Source of the DNA: Candidatus Eiseniibacteriota bacterium | GTDB lineage: Bacteria; Eisenbacteria; RBG-16-71-46 | Assembly (NCBI GenBank): GCA_963707915.1 | Contig: OY970178.1 | Span: 1,504,001-1,568,000 of the forward strand | Length of the DNA: 64,000 nucleotides | Reading direction: 5' to 3' | Part shown: in pieces, positions 28,426 to 37,211 of the stretch | Position numbering within the stretch: position 1 is the stretch's first letter | How the letters are laid out: each line of letters opens with the position of its first letter | Position numbers and translations under genes: made by a program | Notes under the pieces: generated by a model | What the model was told of the DNA's origin: nothing | Database searches by the model: none | Seen by the model: the letters and a program-made list of their open reading frames with translations, nothing else

Positions 28426-29478
28426 ATGAGAGCCAGCCTGGTTTCCCGGCCGTGGGTCGGCCTCGACCTCGGAGGCTTCAGCGTCAAGCTCTTCGCCCTG
28501 CAGCCGGGCGTGGGGACGGCACGCGTGCTGGCCGCCGAGGCCGCCTACCCGATCGCGGCCTCGACCGACCGCGCCCCCTCCGCCGAGGCGGTCGCGCAGG
28601 CCATCTCGGCTTGCGCCGCCCGCGTCGGCGTCTCGCTGCGCGCGATGCGCGGCATCACGGTGGGCATCTCGGGCGCCGACGTCATCGTCAAGCAGATCCA
28701 GCTGCCGCTCATGGACGAGGCCGAGGTCGGCCCGGCGCTGCGTTTCGAGGCGCGCAAGCACCTGCCCTTCGATCCGCAGGCCATGGTCATCGACTTCCAG
28801 GTGCTGGGGCGGTACGTCTCCGAGCGCCGGGTGGACGTGCTGATCGCCGCGGTCTCGCGCGAGCACCTCGAGCGCCACCTGGAACCGCTCGCGCGGCTGG
28901 ACCTGGCCGCCGACATCGTGGACGCTGCCCCGCTCGCCCTGACGAACGCGGTGGCGCACATGGCCACGGGCGACCGCGAGGCGCGGCTGCTGCTCGACAT
29001 CGGGGACGCGGCCTCGCACCTGACGCTCCACCAGCGCGGCGAGCCCTACTTCGCGCGGCGCCTCGACTTCGGCGGCCGCCACCTCACGCAGGCCATCGCC
29101 ACGGCGCTCCAGGTCCCGTTCGAGGAGGCCGAGGAGTGGAAGCTGGCCGCCGGCTCCGACGAGCCGGGCTTCCGCGTGGACTGGGCCGGCCGGGAGCTGC
29201 ACGCGGTGCACGAGGCGCTCGAGGACGAGCTGGTGGACGAGGTGCGGCGCTCGCTCGCCTTCTACCGCACGCTCGGGCGCCTGCCCGATCCGCTGCAGCT
29301 GCAGCTCTCGGGCGGGACGGCGCGCCTGCCCGGCATCGCCGAGCGGCTGGGAGAGATGCTGGAGTTCCCGGTCACGGTCTTCGACCCGTTCGCCGGGCTG
29401 GGCGGCGCCGGCCGCGCGCGCGTCGAAGGCGGGCCGCAGTTCGCCCAGGCTTCCGGCCTCGCGCTGAGGAAGTCATGA
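28426..29478 (+). CDS. pilM: PilM (actin-like) pilus assembly protein
   Basis: VGLDLGGFSVK, FEARKHLPF, LLDIG, FGGRHLTQAI, LSGGTARLPG, FAQASGLALR. Confidence 0.9.
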   Translation: MRASLVSRPWVGLDLGGFSVKLFALQPGVGTARVLAAEAAYPIAASTDRAPSAEAVAQAISACAARVGVSLRAMRGITVGISGADVIVKQIQLPLMDEAEVGPALRFEARKHLPFDPQAMVIDFQVLGRYVSERRVDVLIAAVSREHLERHLEPLARLDLAADIVDAAPLALTNAVAHMATGDREARLLLDIGDAASHLTLHQRGEPYFARRLDFGGRHLTQAIATALQVPFEEAEEWKLAAGSDEPGFRVDWAGRELHAVHEALEDELVDEVRRSLAFYRTLGRLPDPLQLQLSGGTARLPGIAERLGEMLEFPVTVFDPFAGLGGAGRARVEGGPQFAQASGLALRKS

Positions 29479-30056
29479 GCCCCGTCTTCACCGTCAACTT
29501 CCGACGCGAGGCCTACCGGCTGGAGCTGGCGCGCACGCGCCGGCGCGCGGTGGCCGTGGGCGTCTGGGTGGCCTATTTCGGCGTGCTGGCCATCGCGCTG
29601 GGGCTCTATGGCCTCAACTGCGCATCGCTCACCCGGCGCGCGCACCTGCTCGACGTCCAGAACACGCGCGCGCTCGCCCGCCCCAATCCGATCGCGGCCT
29701 GGACACCCGGGTCTGCCGAGCTCGCGCAGGTCGAGCGCGCGCTCGCCAACCCCCGCCAGTGGCAGGTCCGGCTGGCACGGCTCGCCACGCTGCTGCCCGC
29801 CGATGCGATGGTGACCTCGGTGAGCGCGAATCCGGACAACCAGTCCAGCGACGCCGACCGGGAGCGGTTGGTCATCGTCGGGATGCTGCGGCCCGCGCCC
29901 GGGGCGGATCGGATGCAGGGCATCATGGCCCTGGTCACCGCGCTGCACTCCGACTCGCTGTTCTCGGCGCAGTACCCGACCATCCGGCTGGTGGAGTCCC
30001 GCACCGGCGGCGGCGCGGACGCGCCGGCCGAGTTCCGCATCGAGTGCCGCCGATGA
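29475..30056 (+). CDS. PilN-like pilus assembly protein
   Basis: N-terminal TVNFRR (INL-like PilM-binding motif), one TM helix, position after pilM, ATGA overlap. Confidence 0.7.
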   Translation: MSPVFTVNFRREAYRLELARTRRRAVAVGVWVAYFGVLAIALGLYGLNCASLTRRAHLLDVQNTRALARPNPIAAWTPGSAELAQVERALANPRQWQVRLARLATLLPADAMVTSVSANPDNQSSDADRERLVIVGMLRPAPGADRMQGIMALVTALHSDSLFSAQYPTIRLVESRTGGGADAPAEFRIECRR

Positions 30057-30613
30057 GCCCCACCTGGATGAATCTCGCGCGCCGCAACCGGCAGGCCTTT
30101 GCCGCGCTGCTCGTCTGCCTGGCGTTCGCCGTCGCGCACGCTGCCGTCTTCCAGCCCGTGCTGGCCCGCTATCGCAAGGACGCGCGCCGGGCCACCGAGT
30201 TGGGCATGCCGCTCGACGCCGACAGCGCGCTGCCGGCCCCCTCGCAGCGTGCGGCGATCCTGTTCGCCGGCAACTCGCTCAATGCCGTGGTCGCCGAGGA
30301 GCAGGGCGCCTCGGGCGCGCTCACCGCGGGCCTGCTCGACGAGGTGACGAGGAGCGTGGCGAAGTGCGGTCTGGAGGTCGTCTCCACCGAGCAGGGTCTG
30401 GTGACGCAACTGCCCTCCAGCGTCCAGGTGCGCGCGCACCTGAAGCTGCGGGGCCGCTATTCCGCCTTCGTGGACCTGCTCGGCGAGCTCTCGCGCTCGG
30501 GGAACCTGATCGCGGTGGAACGCTTCTCCCTGCAGGCCGGCGCCGCCGGCGGCCAGGACATCGAGATCTGGATGAGCCAGCTCATCCTCAAGCGCACGCG
30601 GGGCTCCCGATGA
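30053..30613 (+). CDS. PilO/GspM-like pilus assembly protein
   Basis: One TM helix; LRGRYSAFVDLLGELSRSGNLIAVERF PilO-like motif; ATGA overlap. Confidence 0.7.
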   Translation: MSPTWMNLARRNRQAFAALLVCLAFAVAHAAVFQPVLARYRKDARRATELGMPLDADSALPAPSQRAAILFAGNSLNAVVAEEQGASGALTAGLLDEVTRSVAKCGLEVVSTEQGLVTQLPSSVQVRAHLKLRGRYSAFVDLLGELSRSGNLIAVERFSLQAGAAGGQDIEIWMSQLILKRTRGSR

Positions 30614-31095
30614 GATTCGACCTCTCGCGGCTGGTAGGCCCGCTGGTCGCCGCCCTGGTGCTGGTACTGATCCTCCAGCAGACGATCGGCGCGCTGCGCG
30701 CGGGGGGGGTCTGGGGCCAGCCTCACGGCACCGCCGCGCCGCCGGCGAGCCCCTTCACACGGATCGAGGGCCTGCTCGCAGCCGACGCCGGCGATCCGCC
30801 GGCCGCGCTGCGCGACCCGTTCTCCTTCGGGCGCGCGCCGGCCCCCGTGCCGGCACGCCGGCCGGCGGCGCGGTCTGCGCCCGCGCCGGCCGCGCCCGCC
30901 CGGCCGGTGCTCACCTCCATCGTCTGGCTGGAGAGCAACCCGAGCGCGACGCTGCGCTGGAACGGCCGCGACTACCCGGTGCAGACCAACACGCTGTTCG
31001 ACGAATTCCGGGTCCAGAACATCACCCGGAACCAGGTGACCCTCGTGCGCGGAGGCGAGACCTTCGTGCTGCAGCTCCCCAAGAAAGGAGACTAG
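30610..31095 (+). CDS. PilP-like protein
   Basis: RDPF motif, LTSIVW, VQNITRNQVTL; located between pilO and the secretin. Confidence 0.65.
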   Translation: MRFDLSRLVGPLVAALVLVLILQQTIGALRAGGVWGQPHGTAAPPASPFTRIEGLLAADAGDPPAALRDPFSFGRAPAPVPARRPAARSAPAPAAPARPVLTSIVWLESNPSATLRWNGRDYPVQTNTLFDEFRVQNITRNQVTLVRGGETFVLQLPKKGD

Positions 31096-31097
31096 GC

Positions 31098-32393
31098 GTG
31101 CACCGCTTCCTCCGCGCCTCCCGCAACGTGTCCCTGGCCGTGGGGCTGGGGCTGCTCGCCGTGCTGGTCCGGCCCGTGCTCGGCGCCGCTCCCGCGACTG
31201 CTCCGGCGGTGGTGGACCGGCTCATCACCCTCGACGCCGAGGACGCGCCGCTGCCCAGCGTGCTCAAGATCCTCGCCGAGAAGGGTGACCTCAACATCAT
31301 CACCGGGGTCGGGGCCTCGAGCAGCGGACGGCTCACCATCCACATGAAGGACGTCCCGCTCGACCAGGCGGTGAACCTGGTCGTGCGGGCGGCCGGCCTG
31401 GCCTACGAACGCATCGGCAACTCCATCCTGGTGGCGGCACCCCAAGCGCTCAAGGAGGAGACCGGGCTCTCGTCCTACGTCGTGGACCTCAAGTACGCCG
31501 ACGCCGCCGACGTCAAGGAGGCGCTCAAGACCATCGCCGGCGACATCCAGGTGGACCGGGGCGGCAACCGGCTGGTGGTGGTGACGAGCCCGCGGGTGAT
31601 CTCGCAGATCGCGGAGATCGTGCGCGTCCTGGACGTGCCCGCGCGGCAGGTGGTGCTCGAGGCGCGCATCCTCGAGGTCTCGACCGGCGACGCGATCAAG
31701 CTCGGCATCGACTGGGACCGGCTCAACAGCCAGGGCTTCGTCATCGTCGAGGGCGGCTCCGGTACGGCCAAGCAGGGCGCCATACCCGACTCGCTGTCGT
31801 TCTTCGGCTCGGCGGGATCCAAGACCCTGTTCGACGTGCGCCCGATGGCCCGGCAGGCCCTGGCGTGGCAGACGGCCGTGGACCTGATGATCCACGAGGG
31901 CAAGGCGCGCGTGCTCGCCAGCCCCAAGATCGCCACGCTGAACGGGCGCGAGGCCTCGATCCTGATCGGCTCGCGCATCCCCTTCGTCGTGACCGGGACG
32001 GTGTTCGCCGGCGGCGGCGCCGCGCCGGTGCAGCGGGTCGAGAAGGAGGAGGTCGGCATCAAGCTGCGCATCACGCCGCTCATCAACGCCGACGGCTACA
32101 TCACCACGCAGATCACGCCCGAGGTCTCCTCGGTGGTGGGTTACAAGGGGAGCAACAACGACCTGCCGGTGATCGCCACGCGGCAGGCCTCGACCACCGT
32201 GCGGCTCAAGGACGGCAACTCGGTCATCATCGGCGGGCTGCTGAGCGAGGAGAAGACCACCGACGTCACCAAGCTGCCCCTGCTCGGCGACATCCCGCTG
32301 CTCGGGCTGCTGTTCCAGCACCGCGTCGTCTCGACGACGAAGCGCGACCTGGTGATCGAGGTGACGCCGCATATCATGCCCGAGCAGCAGTAG
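31098..32393 (+). CDS. pilQ: PilQ/GspD secretin
   Basis: LDVPARQVVLEARILEV, VLASPKIATLNGREASI, GIKLRITP, KLPLLGDIPLLGLLF, LVIEVTPHI. Confidence 0.92.
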   Translation: MHRFLRASRNVSLAVGLGLLAVLVRPVLGAAPATAPAVVDRLITLDAEDAPLPSVLKILAEKGDLNIITGVGASSSGRLTIHMKDVPLDQAVNLVVRAAGLAYERIGNSILVAAPQALKEETGLSSYVVDLKYADAADVKEALKTIAGDIQVDRGGNRLVVVTSPRVISQIAEIVRVLDVPARQVVLEARILEVSTGDAIKLGIDWDRLNSQGFVIVEGGSGTAKQGAIPDSLSFFGSAGSKTLFDVRPMARQALAWQTAVDLMIHEGKARVLASPKIATLNGREASILIGSRIPFVVTGTVFAGGGAAPVQRVEKEEVGIKLRITPLINADGYITTQITPEVSSVVGYKGSNNDLPVIATRQASTTVRLKDGNSVIIGGLLSEEKTTDVTKLPLLGDIPLLGLLFQHRVVSTTKRDLVIEVTPHIMPEQQ

Positions 32394-32472
32394 CGCTCCG
32401 GGCGGCGACGGAGGTCCGGGGGGGGCCGGCCAGGTTCCCCGCCCCGGGCCACGGCCGGGCGCGAGGGGGACG

Positions 32473-32793
32473 CTACAGGCGCGCGAGCAGGGCGACGTGG
32501 ATCACGCCGGCCATCCAGCCCAGCCACTGGCCCACCGCCAGGGTCAGCGCCACCAGCACCACGGCCAGGCCGGCGGAGGCGATCACTGGTGAGCTCGCGC
32601 GGAGGAAGTGAAGGCGGACGATCAGCAGCGGCACCAGGAGCCCCTTCACCAGCACGAACAGCAACCAGCTCTGATGCGCCAGGCCGGCGAGCAGCGGATT
32701 GCCTTCGCGGTTCCCGAGCCAGTGGATCCCGAGGGTGGTCGCCACGAGGTCGAGACTGTTGGCCAGGACGGCCAGGAAGAGGACGATGCGCAT
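32473..32793 (-). CDS. Small membrane protein (DUF5658-like)
   Basis: MRIVLFLAVLANSLDLVATTLGI..GNREGNPLL, D..T..G..E.NP pattern, 3-4 TM helices. Confidence 0.7.
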   Translation of the reverse strand: MRIVLFLAVLANSLDLVATTLGIHWLGNREGNPLLAGLAHQSWLLFVLVKGLLVPLLIVRLHFLRASSPVIASAGLAVVLVALTLAVGQWLGWMAGVIHVALLARL

Positions 32794-32886
32794 GATTCCC
32801 ACCCACGATAGGGGGCTCGCGCGGGCTTCGCGCCTCAGCCGTATCCTCCCAGACCGCGCCACCGCCTGCAACAACGGGCGCCCCTC

Positions 32887-33678
32887 GTGTTGAGCCTCGA
32901 TCTCGCCTCCGGCGCGGCGTTCGCCGCCTTCGGACTGATCATGGGCAGCGCGGTCACCGCGATCGCCTGGCGCGTCCCCCGGAACATCTCCTGGGTGCGC
33001 GGACGCTCGTCCTGCCCCCGATGCGGGAAGGCGTTGGGGCCGGCCGACCTGGTGCCCCTGTTCTCGTTCATCTTCGCGCTCGGCCGCTGCCGAAGCTGCC
33101 ATCAGCCCATCTCCTGGCGCTACCCGCTCACCGAGCTCATGTGCGGCGCCTGGTCGGTGCTTCTCTTCCTCCAGCTGGGGTTCGCCTGGGCGTTCCTGCC
33201 GCTCGCCCTCTGGGGCTTCCTGCTCGTCGCGCTGCTGTGGATCGACCTCGACTTCAAGCTGCTGCCCGACGTGCTCACGTACCCGGGCATGCTGCTCGGG
33301 CTGGCGGCGACCCTGCTCCGCTTCGGCGCCGGACCCGGTGCGTGGCACGCGCTGCTCGGGCTGCTCACGGGCAGCGGCGTGCTCTGGCTGCTGGCCTGGG
33401 TGTGGCTGCGCTTCCGCAGGATCGAGGGCATGGGCGGCGGCGACATCAAGCTCGCCGCGATGTTCGGCGTGGTGCTGGGCTGGCAGCTCACGCTGCTGAC
33501 GATGTTCGTAGCCTCGCTCGCCGGCAGCCTGTGGGGGGCGGCGCTGATGGTGAAGGGGCGCGGCGGCATGAAGAGCGAGCTGCCCTTCGGCACGCTGCTC
33601 GCCCCGGCGGCGATGGTCGTGCTGCTGTGGGGCCACGGCTGGATCGCGTCGTACGTCCGGCTCCTCGGCGGACGGTAG
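32887..33678 (+). CDS. pilD: Prepilin peptidase (A24A)
   Basis: RSSCPRCG..GRCRSC Zn motif, ISWRYPLTE, IDLD..LLPD, GMGGGDIKLAAM, LPFGTLL. Confidence 0.93.
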   Translation: MLSLDLASGAAFAAFGLIMGSAVTAIAWRVPRNISWVRGRSSCPRCGKALGPADLVPLFSFIFALGRCRSCHQPISWRYPLTELMCGAWSVLLFLQLGFAWAFLPLALWGFLLVALLWIDLDFKLLPDVLTYPGMLLGLAATLLRFGAGPGAWHALLGLLTGSGVLWLLAWVWLRFRRIEGMGGGDIKLAAMFGVVLGWQLTLLTMFVASLAGSLWGAALMVKGRGGMKSELPFGTLLAPAAMVVLLWGHGWIASYVRLLGGR

Positions 33679-33707
33679 GCGGCCCCTCCCCCCGCTCCCC
33701 GGGAACG

Positions 33708-33736
33708 TTGACCGCGCCGCGCCCCGATGGAACAAT
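33708..33736 (+). promoter_or_regulatory. Possible sigma70 promoter of fabH
   Basis: TTGACC, 17-nt spacer, AACAAT. Confidence 0.35.
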
Positions 33737-33793
33737 GCCGGGCCGCGAGCCTGCCCGGGTGACCGTCCGGACCGGCTTTCGCCAGGAGGGCTC

Positions 33794-34789
33794 ATGAGCC
33801 GTTCGCGCATCACCGGCCTCGGCCTGCACCTGCCCGAGCGCGTGGTCACCAACGCCGACCTCGAACGGGTCATGGACACGACCGACGCGTGGATCGTCGA
33901 GCGCACCGGCATCCGTGAGCGCCGCTTCGCCGCGCCCGGGGTCGGCACCACCGACCTCGCCGCCGAGGCCGCCCGCCGGGCGCTGGCGGACGCCGGCCGC
34001 GAGGCCGCGGACGTGGACTTCATCGTCTTCGCGACCATCACGCGCGAGCACGCCTTCCCCGGCTGCGGATCGCTCCTGCAGGACCGCCTGGGCATCCCCG
34101 GCATCGGGGCGCTAGACGTGCACAACGCCTGCTCGGGGTTCGTCTACGCGCTCGCCATGGCCGACGCGGTGGTGCGCGCCGGGCAGTACCGCTGCGTGCT
34201 GGTGGTGGGCGCCGAGGTGCTGAGCACCGGGCTGGACTTCTCGACCCGCGGCCGCGATCTCGCGGTGCTCTTCGGCGACGGCGCGGGCGCGGTGGTGGTC
34301 GAGCCGGGCGCCGACGACGGGCCCGGGGTGCTCGCCTGGGCGCTGCACTCCGACGGCTCGCACGCGCAGGACCTGGTGTGCGAGGCGCCGACCTCGCTGG
34401 CGCAGGGGCGGGTCACGCCGGAGATGCTCGCCGAGGGCCGGCAGTACCCGCGGATGAACGGCCGCCAGGTCTTCAAGCACGCCACCACGCGCTTCCCCGA
34501 GGTGATCCGCGAGGTGCTCGGCCGTTGCGGGCACACGCTCGACGAGGTCCGGCTCATCGTGCCCCACCAGGCCAACCAGCGCATCGGCGACGCCGTGGCC
34601 GAGCGGCTGGGCGTGCCCCCGCAGAAGCTGTTCCAGAACATCCAGGACCGCGGCAACACCACCGCCGCGAGCATCCCCATCGCGCTCGCCGAGGCGCGCG
34701 ACCAGGGCCGTTTCGGCCCCGGCGACCTGGTCGTGCTCGCCGCCTTCGGCAGCGGCTTCACCTGGGGCGCCGTCGCGCTGCGCTGGTGA
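33794..34789 (+). CDS. fabH: 3-oxoacyl-ACP synthase III
   Basis: WIVERTGIRERR, NACSGF (catalytic Cys), FGDGAGA, PHQANQRI, GNTTAASIP, FGSGFTWG. Confidence 0.94.
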   Translation: MSRSRITGLGLHLPERVVTNADLERVMDTTDAWIVERTGIRERRFAAPGVGTTDLAAEAARRALADAGREAADVDFIVFATITREHAFPGCGSLLQDRLGIPGIGALDVHNACSGFVYALAMADAVVRAGQYRCVLVVGAEVLSTGLDFSTRGRDLAVLFGDGAGAVVVEPGADDGPGVLAWALHSDGSHAQDLVCEAPTSLAQGRVTPEMLAEGRQYPRMNGRQVFKHATTRFPEVIREVLGRCGHTLDEVRLIVPHQANQRIGDAVAERLGVPPQKLFQNIQDRGNTTAASIPIALAEARDQGRFGPGDLVVLAAFGSGFTWGAVALRW

Positions 34790-34826
34790 CGTCCCTCCCA
34801 TCCCTCATCCCCGAGAGGCCCATCCC

Positions 34827-36155
34827 ATGAAGTCCCCGAGCTGCGCCGCTCCACCCGCCGCCCGCACCCCGCGACCCCGCCGCGCCGGGCCGCTCGCCGC
34901 CCGGTGGCTGATCTGCGCCGTCGCGGCGGCCACGCAACTCGGCGCCGCCGTCGCGGCCGAGCCCCCCATCGGCCTGGTCGAGACCCGTCCGGTCGAGACC
35001 GCGCTCGGCAACCCCACGCTGCCCTCGGCGCTCGGCACCTGGACCAAGCTCTTCGAGGGCGCGCGGCGCACCATCGACATCGAGCAGTTCTACCTCTCGA
35101 CCTGGCCGCACGAGTCCATGGACGACGTGCTGCGGACCCTGGGCGACGCGACGAAGCGCGGCGTGCGCGTGCGCCTGCTGCTCGACGCCGGCATGATCCG
35201 CACCTACCCGCGCGCCGCCGACTCGCTGGCGAAGCTGCCCGGCTTCGCGGTGCGGCTGGTGGACTACCGGCGCATCGCGGGGGGCGTGCAGCACTCGAAG
35301 TTCTTCCTGGTGGACGGCGAGACCGCCTTCCTCGGCAGCCAGAACTTCGACTGGCGCGCGCTCAAGCACATCCACGAGCTGGGCGTGCGCATCCGCGACC
35401 CGCGCGTGGCGGCCGACTTCCAGCGGGTCTTCGAGATGGACTGGGACATGGGCACGCCCGTCGGCCAGGCCCCGGACACCACCCGCGTGGCGCTCGCCGT
35501 GCAGGTCCCGCACGCGCCCGGCACGCTGCCCTACCGCATCGCGCAGGCGCCGGGCGACACCGTGCTGCTCTGGCCCTCGTGGAGCCCGCGGCGCTTCGTC
35601 CCCGACACCACCCTGTGGGACCAGGACATGATCGTGCGCACGCTCGACGGGGCGAAGCACGAGATCGTGCTCCAGCTGCTCTCCTACTCGCTCGGCGACC
35701 GGCGGCTGCGCGACGAGACGCTCGACCAGGCCCTGCGGCGCGCCGCCGCCCGCGGCACGAAGGTGAAGCTGATCGTCTCGGACTGGGAGACCGGCTCCTC
35801 GGGGCTCAAGGCGATGCAGGCGCTCACCCGCGTGCCCGGCATCGAGGTGCGGATGTCCACGGTGCCCGAGTGGAGCGGCGGCTACATCCCCTTCGGCCGC
35901 GTCGAGCACTGCAAGTACGTGGTCGCGGACACGCTCTGGACCTGGGTGGGAACGAGCAACTGGTCGCCCGACTACTTCCACTCCAGCCGCAACATCGCGG
36001 TGACCATGAAGAACCGCCAGATCGCCCGCGATGCGCGCGAGATCTTCGAGACCAGCTGGCGGACGGTGGCCGTCCCGCTGGCCCCGGACTCGACCTACAC
36101 GCCCAAGGTCCGCGGCGAGGATCCGCCGCCGGGACGGGTCAAGTACGGAGGCTAG
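34827..36155 (+). CDS. Secreted phospholipase D-family protein
   Basis: Two HKD motifs: HSKFFLVD..GSQNF and HCKYVVAD..GTSNW. Confidence 0.9.
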   Translation: MKSPSCAAPPAARTPRPRRAGPLAARWLICAVAAATQLGAAVAAEPPIGLVETRPVETALGNPTLPSALGTWTKLFEGARRTIDIEQFYLSTWPHESMDDVLRTLGDATKRGVRVRLLLDAGMIRTYPRAADSLAKLPGFAVRLVDYRRIAGGVQHSKFFLVDGETAFLGSQNFDWRALKHIHELGVRIRDPRVAADFQRVFEMDWDMGTPVGQAPDTTRVALAVQVPHAPGTLPYRIAQAPGDTVLLWPSWSPRRFVPDTTLWDQDMIVRTLDGAKHEIVLQLLSYSLGDRRLRDETLDQALRRAAARGTKVKLIVSDWETGSSGLKAMQALTRVPGIEVRMSTVPEWSGGYIPFGRVEHCKYVVADTLWTWVGTSNWSPDYFHSSRNIAVTMKNRQIARDAREIFETSWRTVAVPLAPDSTYTPKVRGEDPPPGRVKYGG

Positions 36156-36181
36156 CCTGGACGGCTCACGAATCGTCCAGG

Positions 36182-36355
36182 CTAGGCACCCAGCGCGGCG
36201 ACGACCCGGGCCATCACGCCCCGCAGGGCTTCGTGGAGGCCGCCGTGGGCCATCAACACGATGAAGATCGCGGCGGCGAAGGCGGCGAGCAGGCCGTACT
36301 CGATCAGGTCCTCGCCCTGCTGGTCCCGGACCAGGCTGCGGATGAGATGCTTCAT
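36182..36355 (-). CDS. flp: Flp (type IVb/Tad) pilin
   Basis: GAGGAG RBS; MKHLIRSLVRDQQG|EDLIEYGLLAAFAAAIFIV, 57 aa. Confidence 0.85.
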   Translation of the reverse strand: MKHLIRSLVRDQQGEDLIEYGLLAAFAAAIFIVLMAHGGLHEALRGVMARVVAALGA

Positions 36356-36407
36356 GGGGTCTGGCGCTCCTCGCAGAGGTGGCATCCCGGCGTCACGCCG
36401 GTGTGAG

Positions 36408-36448
36408 CGTGTCGTACGGCCGGCGCAGGCGGCCCGCCGTACGACACG
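36408..36448. other. 13-bp perfect hairpin in the flp leader
   Basis: CGTGTCGTACGGC (36408-36420) pairs with GCCGTACGACACG (36436-36448). Confidence 0.6.
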
Positions 36449-36518
36449 TCCCGGCCGGCCCCCGCGTTCGCTCCCTTCGCGAGTCCGGCAGCCGGGCACA
36501 CGGGCCACCGGGGAACAC

Positions 36519-36533
36519 GCAAGCGGCGGGCCA
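36519..36533 (-). promoter_or_regulatory. Sigma54 (-24/-12) promoter of flp
   Basis: TGGCCCG-CCGC-TTGC; GG-N10-GC spacing is correct. Confidence 0.55.
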
Positions 36534-36790
36534 GCCGCGCCCGGTCCCGGCCGCCCGGTTGCAACCCGGGACGCCCGAACCACCTGACGCGGTGCGGCCC
36601 GCCGGCGTCCGCGACGAGCCGCGGCGGCAGGATTGCAGAGCGCGATCCGGGCGACGCGGCACGCGCCAGGATGCGGGCGATCCGGCCCGGCGGTCCTCCC
36701 GCGGAGCCGGCGCAACGGCGGGCGCCGTCCGCGCTATACTGCCGCCCGGTCGTCGCCCGCGCTTCCCATCCCTGGCCCGGAATCCTTCCC

Positions 36791-37177
36791 ATGCTGCTGA
36801 ACGTCCCGACGTCGCCCGGTGAGTTCCTCGACAAGCTCACGATCCTCGAGATCAAGTCTGAGCGCATCGCCGACGCCGCGAAGCTGGCGAACGTGCGAAG
36901 GGAACTGGAGCAGTTCCGCGCCGCCTGGGCCGGCTCGCCGCTGGCCGGGCGGGACGTGTCGCGGCTGCTCGCCGATCTCAAGGCGGTCAACGTGACGCTG
37001 TGGGAGATCGAGGACGGGATCCGTCGCCACGAGGCCGAGCGGCGCTTCGACGAGGCGTTCGTCGAGCTGGCCCGCGCGGTCTACCGGAACAACGACCGGC
37101 GCGCGGCGCTCAAGCGCGAACTCAACCTCGCGCTGGGCTCCGACCTGCTCGAGGAGAAGTCCTACACCGCCTACTGA
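36791..37177 (+). CDS. DUF6165-like protein
   Basis: PTSPGEFLDKLTILEIKSERI, LWEIEDGIR, ARAVYRNND.RA.LKRELN..GS.L.EEKSY. Confidence 0.82.
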   Translation: MLLNVPTSPGEFLDKLTILEIKSERIADAAKLANVRRELEQFRAAWAGSPLAGRDVSRLLADLKAVNVTLWEIEDGIRRHEAERRFDEAFVELARAVYRNNDRRAALKRELNLALGSDLLEEKSYTAY

Positions 37178-37211
37178 GCCGCGGCCCGTCGGGGAGGCCC
37201 CGCCGCTCCGC

